Assembly (NCBI GenBank): GCA_951406725.2 | Contig: OX597824.1 | Span: 14,508,001-14,572,000, forward strand | DNA: 64,000 bases | DNA from: Octopus vulgaris | Lineage: Eukaryota | Direction of reading: 5' to 3' | Shown here: positions 12,201-26,110 of the stretch, piece by piece | Layout of the letters: each line of letters starts with the position of its first letter | Numbering within the stretch: position 1 is the stretch's first letter | The notes under the pieces: model-generated | The model's input: the letters and a program-made list of their open reading frames with translations, nothing else | Database searches by the model: none | What the model was told of the DNA's origin: nothing | Made by a program: the position numbers and the translations under genes

Positions 12201-15200
12201 GAAAATATTTTGACAAATTAAATTTAAATCTCGAAGTGAATCTAACGGTTTTTGTGTGTTTCTTAAATGGCTTATAAGCACCTTCCATGCTGCAATTGTT
12301 TTCGTTCCAGCACACGATCTCAGATCAAGTCACTCGCTATGCAAGTACATCTCCGGAATTAAATACAGTTATCTTGTTAGGTAAAATTGGGCAAGTGAGG
12401 GCTGCTTCTCTAGAATGCACTGCTTCTGGTAGAATTTGAACCAACTGCACAACTATTGTACTACTGTCTCTAATACCAGGGTTTTCGTTGCTAGGTTGAA
12501 GAGCTTCAAAATCACATGAAAAGAAGTGAACAAGAAAAAGTGCAACTTCAAGGCCAACTTCATGACCAAAGATTAGAAGAGGACACAAAAGAGAGAGACA
12601 GGCTGAAGCTTTGTAAGTTTTATCATTGTTGTATTATTTTCCCCCAAGAGTCCACGGCGTATGTGTTCCCCAGGAAGGGCCTTCCAGCTGTAGAAACTCT
12701 GTCGGATCAAGATTGGAGCCTGGTGCAGCCATCTGGTTCGCCAGCCCCTCAGTCAAAATCGTCCAACCCATGCTAGCATGGAAAGCGGGCGTTAAATGAC
12801 GATGGTGGTGGTGGTGAGGAGGAGGAGGAGGACGAGGACGATGATGATGATGATGATGAGGAGGAGGAGGAGTCCAGACTGAAAGAAATGTGTGTAATAT
12901 GTCTTATTTGATGATTTACTAGAGACCATTATCAGCTTAGTGTTGAGTAATAAGTCGGACTCAAGGAGGATGATAATCGCTTCATAGATTAGCATTTGGC
13001 TTGTAAAAAGGGATTTGGTTAATTTACATGAAACAGATATAGTGTCCTGAATTAAGATTCTGGTGTATTGTTGGTGGTGTAAGGTAAATAGAGAGAGGTA
13101 TATAGTATGTAGTTTTCCCTTCATTCTTTCATCTCTAGATTATAAGCATTTTAGGAATAACTAGCAACGCCGGGTCATAGTGCTAGTGCATGCATATACA
13201 GCTGCGTGCGTGCGCACATACACATGAGTACTGTCCAAATCTTCAACCAATCACATACAGTTGGCTGGCATTCAATTGGCGTATCAAGTTTCGGGCATTT
13301 TGATTGGGTTTTGGATAGAAAATTCACAAAACAGTCACTTATATTGATTTATTAATGGCTTTGTGGGGTGACTGAGGAAATGTAAAGATGTGCACGACCA
13401 CCCTTGGACGGTTTTGAATGACCATAGAGAGTGCGAGCCCTCTAACTGAAAAATTGTGGATTTGTATAAAGGACACACACACACAGACATTTTGCCGTTT
13501 ATATATATAGAGATAACACTGAAACCCAATATTATCTTGGGAGCTGTGTACAGTTGCTTTAAGAGTTGCATGCTGCCTGTGAGGCATACAGTTTGACCAC
13601 CATTGATATATATATATATAATATAACAGTATATTAAAACTATAGGTTGTCTGCTTTTTGTTCATATAATTTTAGTGGAAAGCGAACGAGAGAAAGAGAA
13701 GCAAAGACTGGACAAAGAACTACAAGAACTGAGACAACATCTCACAAACACTGTAGCAGTCGTTGCCGAGATGGATAATGTGCGACAAAATATACATAAG
13801 AGTGAACAGCAACGAGGTCAGCTCTCGGACCACATTGAGGTAAAGCACCTGTCTCTCCGCTGTCTGACTATTTAGCTGTTTGTTTATATGTCTGTATCTA
13901 CTTACCTATACCTATTATCTATTTGTTTATTCATCATACCTGTTCACTATTCACTGCTTTTTACCTCTGTCCTCATCTCTACTGTCTGTCACTCTCCTTT
14001 CACACTCTCATCAATCAACCTACCCACCCACCCAACCATCCTTGATTCTCTGTCCCTATTTCTCTTTTTGTGGAGGCGCATGGCTTAGTAGTTAGGGTGT
14101 CAGCATCATGATCGTAAGATTGTGGTTTTGATTCCTGGACCAGGCGACGCATTGTGTTCTTGAGCAAAACCCTTCATTTTACGTTGCTCCAGTCCACTCA
14201 GCTGGCAAAAATGAGTGACGTTGCGGTGGACTGGCGTCCCATCCAGCTGGGGAACACATACGCCATAGAAACCAGGAAACCGGGACAATGAACCTGGTTA
14301 AGCTTTAAAAGGGTGCATTTATTATCTATTTTATTTCTCTCTTTATCCATCATCTTGTAACATTAGGGTGCTCCCTGATACTTCATCTCCACCATTTTTT
14401 CTCCCTTTCCTGCTGGGTTAGCCATGTACCTCTTCAACAGCAAGACACTTGTTCTGGTCCCTCTTTCCTACTTTTGCCTCTCGACAACCCAGCACTAAGT
14501 TACCTCCCTCAGTTCAGCAGCCATATTCTGTCTAGTGGTCTTGTCTTGTGAGTGCTACTTGCTGACTTCAGAAGTGCTAGTGCTTTGCAGAAAGCACCCA
14601 GTATGCTATGTGAGGTGGTCATGTGTTTAGAAGGGAATCTAGCCACAGGAACCATGTCGAAGTAAACACTGGAGACCGGCGCAACCCTCAGGCTAGTTGG
14701 ATCCTGTTGAACCACCCAACCCATGTCAAAATGGATTACAGATATCAAATGATGACAATTATGATGTGTCTGTTACCCAACCATCCATCCATCCATCCAT
14801 CATCATCGGCATCATCATCATCACTACCATCACCACCACCACCATCACCACCACCTCCACCACCACCACCGGAGGCGCAATGGCCCAGTGCTTAGGGCAG
14901 CGGACTCGCCGTCGGAGGATCGCGGTTTCGATTCCCAGACCTGGCGTTGTGTGTGTTTATCAAGCGAAAAACACCTAAAGCTCCACAAGGCTCCGGCAGG
15001 GGGGGGACCCCTGTTGTACTCTTTCGCCCCAACTTTCTCTCACTCTTTCTTCCTGTTTCTTGTCCCTGACTTCCTACACAACCGCTGAGCCTGGATGCGT
15101 ATTCATCCATCCGTCGATGCTCTCGGTGTCGGGGGTTGACCTGCTTTCTCTTCTGCGTGTCTTACGAATAGCAGAGGACCACGTTTCGGACTTCTCCCAT

Positions 15201-15447
15201 TAATGGAACGAAGACCGCTTCGCCCAACAGCACCACCACCACCACCATCATTATTATTTTGTACCCACTTTCCCATGCTGGCTCAGGTACAGTGGGTTTC
15301 TTGAGGTCAGTTTTACAGCCAAATGTCCTTCCTGTTGCCAACTATTTTATTTGCCTCTAATGTCATCCAGGAACATGATGTACTTATTCTAAAACCAGGA
15401 TGCACACTGTGTCTCTCTGTCTGTTTGTCCATGTATTTAACTGGTTG

Positions 15448-15481
<34 letters not shown>

Positions 15482-15484
15482 TCC

Positions 15485-15568
<84 letters not shown>

Positions 15569-15684
15569 GCCTATCTATCTATCTATCTATACATCTATCT
15601 ATCCATCTATCTATCTATCTATCTATCTGACTAGCTATCCATCCATCCATCCATCCATCCATCCATCCATCCATCCATCTATCC

Positions 15685-15724
<40 letters not shown>

Positions 15725-16667
15725 GTCTATCTAACTAGTTGTCTGTTTGCCTGTCTATCTATCTATCTGCTTGCCTACCTGCCTGCCTATACATCATCGT
15801 CATCAATGTTCTCCTAGATTTACTGTGACCATTCCATCTGTTGTTGCAGCTACTAACAAAAGACATTGAGAACAGAGATCGACAAAATGCCAAAATCCTG
15901 AACCAACTCCGTGAAACGGTCGACAAATACGAAGTGGCTGAACACGGTCGCAGGCAACTGGAAAGTCGAGTGGATGACTTGAGTTCTCGACTGACTGAGA
16001 CTACCAAACATTTAGACATAACAAAGAAAGAATTGATCGAAACCAAGAGAGCACTTGAAGAAAGTCTGAGAAAGCAGGATGTTCTGAGAGGCAAAACACA
16101 AGAAGCAATTAAACAGTGAGTTGTAGAATAATGGACTTCTTCTTTACCTGTGTGTTTAGCAGGTATTCTTTTACTGTGGCCATGCTGGAGCTCTGTCTTG
16201 AAGGGATTTGGTCAAACAAATTGACCCTGGTAAATTTTGTTTTTTGAAGTTTAGTACTTATTCTATCAGTTTCTTTTGCTGAACTGTTGAGTTATGGAGA
16301 TGTAAAGAACCCAGCACTGGTTGCCAAGTGGTGTGGGGGAATAAACACAAATACATACATGCATAACAAGATTCCAACTAGAGTTTCCATTAACCAAAAG
16401 ATATTGGTTGGCCCAGAGCTATAGTAAAAGACACTTGCCCAAGGTACATATAAACCTTCCTTCTCACCCCCCAGACCTGCACATACAGGTGCAGAGATAT
16501 AGTTAACCCTGACTGATAGAAGTCAATTAATATTAATAAGGTCAGTGAGGTTTGAAAAACTACAGGGATGTTGAAAGTGGACATTATAAATGAGGGCTCA
16601 AATAGATTAAAGGGCTGATACAGCCAGGATCAATGAGAGGTGTGTACCAGTCATTCTATAGAAATTT

Positions 16668-16712
<45 letters not shown>

Positions 16713-16938
16713 GGTCCCGGGTTGAGTCGTGGTTAACCACAGTAAATAAGGTACTCAATACATAGCAGAGTAAATTAATTTATTTTATAGAAGGAGCTTC
16801 TACAGGACTAGAACTGTTTCATTCAAATGAAATCATCAGGAAGCTTGCTGTCCAAGAAAGCTTGCTGTCCACAGCAAGCTTCCTGATGATTTCATATGAA
16901 TGAAACAGTTCTAGTCCTGTAGAAGCTCCTTCTATAAA

Positions 16939-16976
<38 letters not shown>

Positions 16977-17342
16977 TCATCATCATCATTTAACGTCCGT
17001 TTTCCATGCTATCATGGGTTGGACGGTTCATCTGGTGTCTGGTAAGCCGTGGAGGCTGCACCAGGCTCTAGTCTGATTTGGCAGTGTTTCTACAGCTGGA
17101 TGCCCTTCCTAACGCCAACCACTCCGTGAGTGTAGTGGGTGTTTTTTACATGCCACCGGCACAGGGGCCACAGCAGGCTGGCAAACAGCTACGATTGGTT
17201 GGTGCTTTTACGTATCACCGACACGGACGCCAGTCAGGCGGTGCGGGCATCTGCCACGTTCAGACGGTGCTTCTTACGTATCACCAGCACGGGTGTCTTA
17301 ACTACAATTTCCATTGATTTTTATTTTGATGTTGACGTACTT

Positions 17343-17385
<43 letters not shown>

Positions 17386-20300
17386 TATAGGCACAGGTGT
17401 GGCTATTTGGTACAAAGTTTGTTTCCCAATCACATGGTCCTGGGTTCAGTTCCACTGCAGAGTATTTTGCGTAAGCATCTTCTACTAAAGTTCTGGGCTG
17501 ACTAAAGCTTTATGAATGGATTTGGTAGACAGAAAGTAAATGAAACCCGTTGTGTGTGTGTGTGTTGCTGTTTCCTTGCCTTTACATTGTGTGATAGTCG
17601 TGAAAACAAATGTCCTTATCATGCAACCTTCCATGAAAACATGTCTGGTCAAGGGGAGATATTACCTTGTTTGGAAACAGGTGAGGGTTGGCAACCGGAA
17701 GAGCATCCAAATGTAGAAAATCTACCTCAACAAATTCCATCTGACCCATACAAACATGGAAAAGTGAATGTTAAAACTATGATGATGATGGTGGTGGTGG
17801 TGGTGATGGTGATGATGATGATGATGATGAGGAGGAGGAGGATGACGACGACGACGAAGAAGAAGAAGAAGACGAAGTGGGTAATTAATTAATTAGTATT
17901 TATCTCAGTTTGGTTTCTTTGCTTTAGGTGGAAAGAGAAAGTTCTAGATCTTGAGAAAGAACTTGACTGCAACAAACACACAAGTCAGCAAATGATGCAA
18001 AGAAATGAAGAACTAATCAAAGAATTGGAGTCTTCGAGAGTTCAGCACAACGAAATGGTCTCACAATGGGACAGAGCGAAACGAGAACTGACAGATGCTT
18101 TGGTGAGTTTTTGATTAATCTTTATAATTAAACTAGCAGTATTGCCCGGCGTTGCTCGGGTTTGTAAGGGAAATAACTATATAAGCATTTTTAGAGAGTT
18201 ACTTCCCTTATATAAAGCCCGAGTAAAAAATGCATTAAAAAAACGAAAAAATGATGGTAAATTTTTTTTTAAATCGTAGACTCATCATAGAGGCACGTTA
18301 ATACCCAGAAGGGCTCAATATGAATCACGACTATAAGATACCAGCTTTTGGTTAAACTGCACTGCAAAATGTGGGAGTAGTTAGGAATCTAAATCGGAGT
18401 AGACAGACACTCACACAACTTTGTTTTTATATATAAAGATTAATAATCTAAAACTTAATTTATTCCATTGTAAGACAGCAGCTTTGGTTTCAGTGAAATT
18501 CTGTTTAAAAAAAGATGGTGATTTTATCTTTTGTCAGGCTGTAAAAGCAAATCAAGAAGAACAGTTACGATTGAAGAATATCGAAAATAATGAACTAAAG
18601 TCGCTGCAGATGGATTTGGAAAAAGAACTGAAAGACAGAAATTCTCAGATTGAGAAGGTAATTGGTGATTTGTTTTTTTTTTCTGTAAGCTGGGGAACTG
18701 CACTAGGTTCCAGTTTGATTTGGCATGGTTTCTAAGGCTGGATGCCCTTCCTAATGCCAACCACTCCAAGAGTGTAATGGGACCGTCCAAGAATTTGGAC
18801 TTGGAGATCTCCATTTCCAGTGACTTCGAGGGCCACCTCCCAGCGGGCCATTGTGCCTCCACTGTTTTTGCTGAATAAAATTTGTTGAAAAGAAGCCACA
18901 GCAATTATGCACCAACCCAATAATTATTGTATGTACATCATCTTTCCTAATACTATCCATGGTAGTAAAAATATACTTTCAAATATACTTTAAGGCAGTG
19001 AGTTGGCAGAAACTTTAGCACGCCAGGCGAAATGCTTTGCGGTAACTTTGCCTTTTTCATCCTTTCGGGCTCGATAAATTAAGTACCAGTTATGCACTGG
19101 GGTCGATGTATTTGACTTAATCCATGTGTCTGTTCTTGTTTGTCCCCTCTGTGTTTAGACCCTTGTGGGTATAAAGAAATAGGTATTTCGTCTGCCGCTA
19201 CATTCTGAGTTCAAATTCCGCTGAGGTTGACTTTGCCTTTCAACCTTTCGGGGTCGATAAATTAAGTACCAGTTACGCACTGGGGTCGATGTATTCGACT
19301 TAATCCATGTATCTGTCCTTGTTTGTCCCCTCTGTGTTTAGACCCTTGTGGGTATAAAGAAATAGGTATTTCGTCTGCCACTATGTTCTGAGTTCAAATT
19401 CCGCCGAGGTCGACTTTGCCTTTCATCCTTTTGGGGTCGATAAATTAAGTACCATTATGCACTGGGGTCGATGTATTTGACTTAATATGTGTGTCTGTTC
19501 TTGTTTGTCCCCTCTGTGTTTAGACCCTTGTGAGTAGTACAGAAATAGGTAAAAATATACTTTCAAAGTTACTCCTTATGTGAAGGATAACATTCCAGTA
19601 TTTTCACATTCCCCAAAATATTTGTTATGTATCTACGACAAAGGGTCTTTAAGAGTCTGAACTGTTTCTAAAATTTCAGATTGAACAAGAGCTGCACCAA
19701 TACCAGCTGAAAGTTTCTGCACTGCAGTCTGAAAAAGATGACACGATTGAAAAACTAACTGCAGTTGAAAGTGCACATCGACTATCACAGGACCATGCAC
19801 AACAACTAAAGGTGCGTTCACATCACTGTAAAAACGTTTCCAAGAGAAACAGTAAGAAGCATCGTACTTTCTGTTTATCAATGAGCCAACCACTGTGCAG
19901 TTGTTCTGCTGATGTGAAATAGCAGCCAAATCTCCCTCAAATTACATTCTATTCTCTTAAAAAAGAAGGATATATTGGATGATGTAACAGTGCATGTAAA
20001 AAGGAGCAAAAAATATTTTCATATTACTCTTTACTCTCTTTTACTCTTTTACTTGTTTCAGTCATTTTGACTGCGGCCATGCTGGAGCACCGCCTTTAGT
20101 CGAGCAACTCAACCCTGAGACTTATTCTTTGTAAGCCCAGTACTTATTCTATCGGTCTCTTTTGCCAAACCGCTAAGTGATGGGGACGTAAACACACCAG
20201 CATCGGTTGTCAAGCAATGCTAGAGGGACAAACACAGACACACAAACATATACACACACATACATATATATATATACACACACATACATATATATATATA

Positions 20301-22925
20301 CACACATATATACGATGGGCTTCTTTGAGTTTCCGTCTACCAAATCCACTCACAAGGCTTTGGTCGGCCCGAGGCTATAGCAGAAGACACTTGCCCAAGA
20401 TGCCACGCAGTGGGACTGAACCCAGAACCATGTGGTTGGTAAGCAAGCTACTTACCACACAGCTACTCCTGCGCCTATACGTAGACCCTCTTTCTCACAA
20501 AGATTAAAACAGCTTCTTTGTGGCAGTATATTTTACTGCTTTTAAATAAGGTGTTTTATTCCATGCCTTTGCACATCAAATCACTCCTGAACATTTTGTT
20601 TGTGATGGACATAAACATCATCACCATACTGCAGAACCAGGGTTGTGCAGACAAGGTGTTATATCACAATACTACTCAGTGGCTATGTGAGCTACGAAAT
20701 CCTCGTCGCCACTGTTATATCGCACGTTTGGATGCCTGTACTACTCAACTCTTCTCTGCTACTCTACTCTGTTCTAGTCTACACAGCTGTGCTCTAGTCT
20801 GAACTCTGACGTCTAGGCTTCTCCCACTATATCTACGTATTGGGCTAGCCTACTTCATTGTCTGGGGGCGTCCACACAACACAAAGACAAGCAATACACA
20901 TGCACATATTTTGCATGTATTCATCATCATCTTCATCTAACATCCACTTTTCATGCTTTTATGGATCAGATGGAATTTATTGAGGTAGATTTTCTACAGC
21001 TGGATGCCCTTCCTATTGCCAACCTTCCCTTGTTTCTAAGCACGGTAACACTTTTCCGTAGCTTGACATGTTTTTAAAAAAAAATTGGAAATGAACAGCA
21101 TCATGTGTATGATGATGATGATGATGATGCTCATTTACAATCACTATGTAATGTCCAGGCAAGAATAGACACACATACACACATGTCTATAAATGATGGG
21201 CTTCTTACAGTTTCCATTTACCAAATCCACTCAGAAGACTTTGGCTAATTCAGGGCTATAGTAGAAGACACTTGCTCAAGGTGCCATGCAGTGTGATTGA
21301 ACCCAGGTCCACATGATTGGTAACAAGCTTCATAATCACAGAGACACATTTGCTCCCCACCCCACACAGGGCTTCATGCCCATTGTTGTAATCTTATATT
21401 ATAAAAGTCAAACTAATGTCCATCTGTCTGTCTTCCATAACATATATGTAGGACAGTGCTAAAATCGGCAGTAATTTTTAAGTCTCCTGTGCAGATATGT
21501 GTGCATAAGACTATTAAATTATTGCACAGGGGTTCCTCGAGCCATTGGAATGTTTCCTTGGGGTTCCACTCCAGCAAAAAGTTTGAAAAGCACTGATGTA
21601 GGAAAGGGGAAGACAAAAAGTGGTTGTTATTGAAAGAGAGATAGTATGTGAAAAATAGATAGATAAGTAGTGTTGTCATCATAGTAACTAGCAAGTTTTG
21701 ATTAGTGTATATACACAGACAAAATAAAATTCAGCAGTACAGCCAAGAAAAGAGAAGATGATAGAAAAAGAACTTTGGCAAGGAATGTTGCTTATCATGA
21801 AGTTATCTTATGATATATTGTTTAATGAACATACTTATTCTGTAGAATATGAAAATAAGTATTTTAGATAAATATTAATGTTCAACAGTATTAAAATTGT
21901 TATTAATGTTCTCTGAGAAAGTCAATTTAAACATTATTTGAACAATTTTTGAAGGTATGTACATGATTAACAAATATTTTTACTGGCAGCACAGTGACGA
22001 GTAATGTTACAGTGATGGGTAACCTAGGCATTGTTGAAATGTTATCGTCATCATCATCATCATTTAACGTCCGCTTTCCATGCTAGCATGGGTTGGACGA
22101 TTTTGACTGAGGGCTGGCGAACCAGATGGTTGCACCAGGCTCCAATCTTGATCTGGCAGAGTTTCTAGATTGGAGCCTGGTGCAGCCATCTGGTTCGCCG
22201 TTATCAAAATAATGGCAATGCCAGAACAATGACCAATATTCTGCCAGTTTTAACAATAATAAATTCTTAGACAACACAGTTTTTTATTGACTTTTTATTA
22301 AACATTTTACAGTATCAGCTGCAAGAAATGAGTCAAGCTAAAGCTGATTTATCTAGTCAGGTAAACGAAATTATGGACCAAAGACAGGTAAGTTAGTGTG
22401 TATGTTGCAAATCCTAATTTATGTCCCTTGTGAAAGGAAGTGATATTGTTGAAACCTACGCCATTTGTAAGTAACTAATTTCTTTCGTTGGAAATGTCTT
22501 TTGTAAATTATTCCAGGATCTCCGACAAGAAAACGTGAACCTGGAACAAAGAGAGTTACATCTGAAACAACAGACAGAAGATCTAAAGATTCAAATGAAA
22601 GAGGTAGGAAAAAGGAAATTGAATTTGGTATTCATTTTGTGTGGGTCTAAGGATTACCATCATCATTATCATCATCGTCATAATTGATCTATTGCTGTCA
22701 TTATTGTTGATGCTGCTACCATCATCATCACCAACATATAAATTTGAAATGTTCATATATTATATAATAAGCGTAGGAGTGGCTGTGTGGTAAGTAGCTT
22801 GCTTACCAGCCACATGGTTTCGGGTTCAGTCCCACTGTGTGGCACCTTCTACTATAGCCTCGGGCCAACCAAAGCCTTGAGTGGATTTGGTAGATGGAAA
22901 CTGAAAGAAGCCCGTTATATATATG

Positions 22926-22956
<31 letters not shown>

Positions 22957-23335
22957 GTGTGTGTGTATATGTATGTGTGTTTGTCCCCCCCAACATTGCT
23001 TGACAACCAATGCTGGTGTGTTTACGTCCCCATAACTTAGTGGTTCGGCAAAAGAGACCGATAGAATAAGTACTAGGCTTACAAAGAGTAAGTCCAGGGG
23101 TTGATTTGCTCAACTAAAGGCGGTGCTCCAGCATGGCCGCAGTCAAATGACTGAAACAAGTAAAAGAGATAAAAGAGTAAAAGAGAATATTAATAGGTTA
23201 ATATCTCTCTATATATATAAATGGCAAAATGTCTATCGGTCTGTTTTGCCAAACTGCTAAGTTACGGGGATGTAAACACACCAGCATCAGTTGTCAAGCA
23301 ATGTTGTGGAGGTGGTGGCGAACACAGACACACAA

Positions 23336-23380
<45 letters not shown>

Positions 23381-25201
23381 CACATATATACGACGGGCTT
23401 CTTTCAGTTCCCGTCTACCAAGTCCACTCACAAGGCTTTGGTCAGCCCGAGGCTATAGCCGAAGACACTTGCACAAATTGCCACGCAGTGGGACTGAACC
23501 CACAACCATGTGGTTGGTAAGCAAGCTACTTACCACACAGCCACTCCTATGCCTATTCAGTTAATTTCCATGAATCTGTGCAATTGGTCACATTGTTCTC
23601 TGGTGTATAAGGTTAATCATTCTCTTTGGCACTGAGTCTTGATTGACACATTGCCAGACTGATACCAATATGGGAATGGGCTGATTGTGTATTTGCGTAT
23701 TATTTTTTATTTATTTATCTATCTATTTATTATCTTTTCAGAACCGGGAAAATTACTTTTCCACACTTGAAAGCCTGAAAACTGAACTCAAAGAAACTAG
23801 AGTGAGTACTTAAGAGATATATCAAATGGAAATTGTAGCTGTGATATCCGTGCCGGTGGCACATAAAAAACACCATCCGAACATGGCTGGTGCCAGTGCC
23901 GCCTTGACTGGCATCCGTACCGGATGTGGACGTTGCCAACCTCCTCTGGCCCTGTGCCAGTGGCACGTAAAAACCACCCACTACACTCTCAGAGTGGTTG
24001 GCATTAGGAAGGGCATCCAGCTGTAGAAACACTGCCAGATCAGACTGGAGCTTGGTGCAGCCTCCTGGCTTCCCAGACTCCGGTCGAACCGTCCAAACCC
24101 ATGCTAGCATGGAAAACGGATGTTAAACGATGATGATGATGAGATCCAGATACAGCTGTATGGTTAAGCCCTTGGTTTTGTGTTCAGTCCTACTGCAGGG
24201 TATTTTTTGAATGAATTTGATTGATGGAAACTGTAAGAAAGCCTGTCAATGCCACTCCCCCTACTGAAGAATATTAGCTTGTAAGAACCTTGTGCTGGTG
24301 CCATGGAAAAAGTACCTGTGCTGGCACCATGTACAATGCACCCGTTCCAGTGCCATGTACAATGCACCCATGCCGGCACCACGTATTGGCACCTGTGCTG
24401 GTGCCACATAATAGCACTTATGCCAACACCATGTAGAAAGCATTGGCTGATGATGAATTGGCTACAGGCAGGTACATGCATGACAAGATAAAAGAACAAG
24501 CAAGCAAAACAGCTGGTATCAGGTTTGATTGTGATATTTGTATATTTAAAACTTGAGGGTTTAGTTGTTTCAGGAAGGTAGGTCATAATAATAATAATAA
24601 TAATAATCCTTTCTACTGTAGGCAGAAGGCCTGAAATTTTGGGGAGGGAGCTAGTCAATTACATCGACCCCAAGTACTCAACTGGTACTTACTTTATCGA
24701 CCCTGAAAAGATGAAAGGCAAAGTCGACCTCAGTGGAATTTGAACTCAGAATGTACAGATGGATGAAATGCTGCTAAACATTTTGCTTGGTGTGCTAATG
24801 GTGCTGCCAGCTTGCCAAGTAATGAGGTGTCAAAAAGTCTTTTGCAGCTGTTTCAGGAACAGATGTGCAGATTGTGTATCTTCAGCAAAACAGGCAATAG
24901 CTATCCATTATCCATATATCAGCTCCTATGACTTTCGGAAACATTTTTTCACGCTAAGAGTTGCTGAAGTATGGAACAAACTGCTGGCATTAGTTGTTAG
25001 TTGTCGGAGCACTGCATCCTTCAGAACTTCCATGCTTCCTGAGATTCACCAACAGTACACCTGATTTTCTCCCCTCCATACACACGCAATCATGTATCTG
25101 ACTCATACACTGTTCACTTCCCAGACATTTATACATTACTGCATATGCTTTATACGCACTTTTGACAAGTTGTGGTGCACCTGAGCACGTATACAATAAT
25201 T

Positions 25202-25250
<49 letters not shown>

Positions 25251-25302
25251 TATTATTATTATTATTATCATTATTATTATCATTATTATTATCATTATTA
25301 TC

Positions 25303-25334
<32 letters not shown>

Positions 25335-25626
25335 TATCATTATTATTATCATTATCATTATTATTATTATCATTATTATTATCATTATTATTATTATCAT
25401 TATTATTATCATTATCATTATTATTATCATCATCATTATTATCATTATTATTATCATTATTATTATCATTATTATTATTATCATTATTATTATCATTATC
25501 ATTATTAATACCATTATCATTATTATTATTATTATCATTATTATCATTATTATTATCATTATTATTATCATTATTATTATCATTATTATTACCATTATTA
25601 TCATTATTATTATCATTATTATTATA

Positions 25627-25673
<47 letters not shown>

Positions 25674-26056
25674 TATTATTATCATTATTATCATTGTTAT
25701 TATCATTATTATTATCATTATTATTATTATTATAATAATTATTATTATCATTATTATCATTATTATAATAATTATTATTATCATTATTATTATTATTATC
25801 ATTATTTTTATCATCATTATTATTATTATTATTATCAATATTATTATCATTATTATTATCATTATTATTATCATTATCATTATTATTATCATTATTATTA
25901 TCATCATTATCATTATTATTATTATTATCATTATCATTATTATCATCATTATCATTATTATTATTATCATTATCATTATTATTATTATCATTATTATTAT
26001 CATTATTATCATTATTATTATCATCATTATTATTATTATTATTATCATTATTATCA

Positions 26057-26110
<54 letters not shown>

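Noticed and set aside
20644-20878. Solo LTR-like segment (tgtgcagac...gtccacaca)
   Set aside because: Imperfect termini and no target-site duplication.
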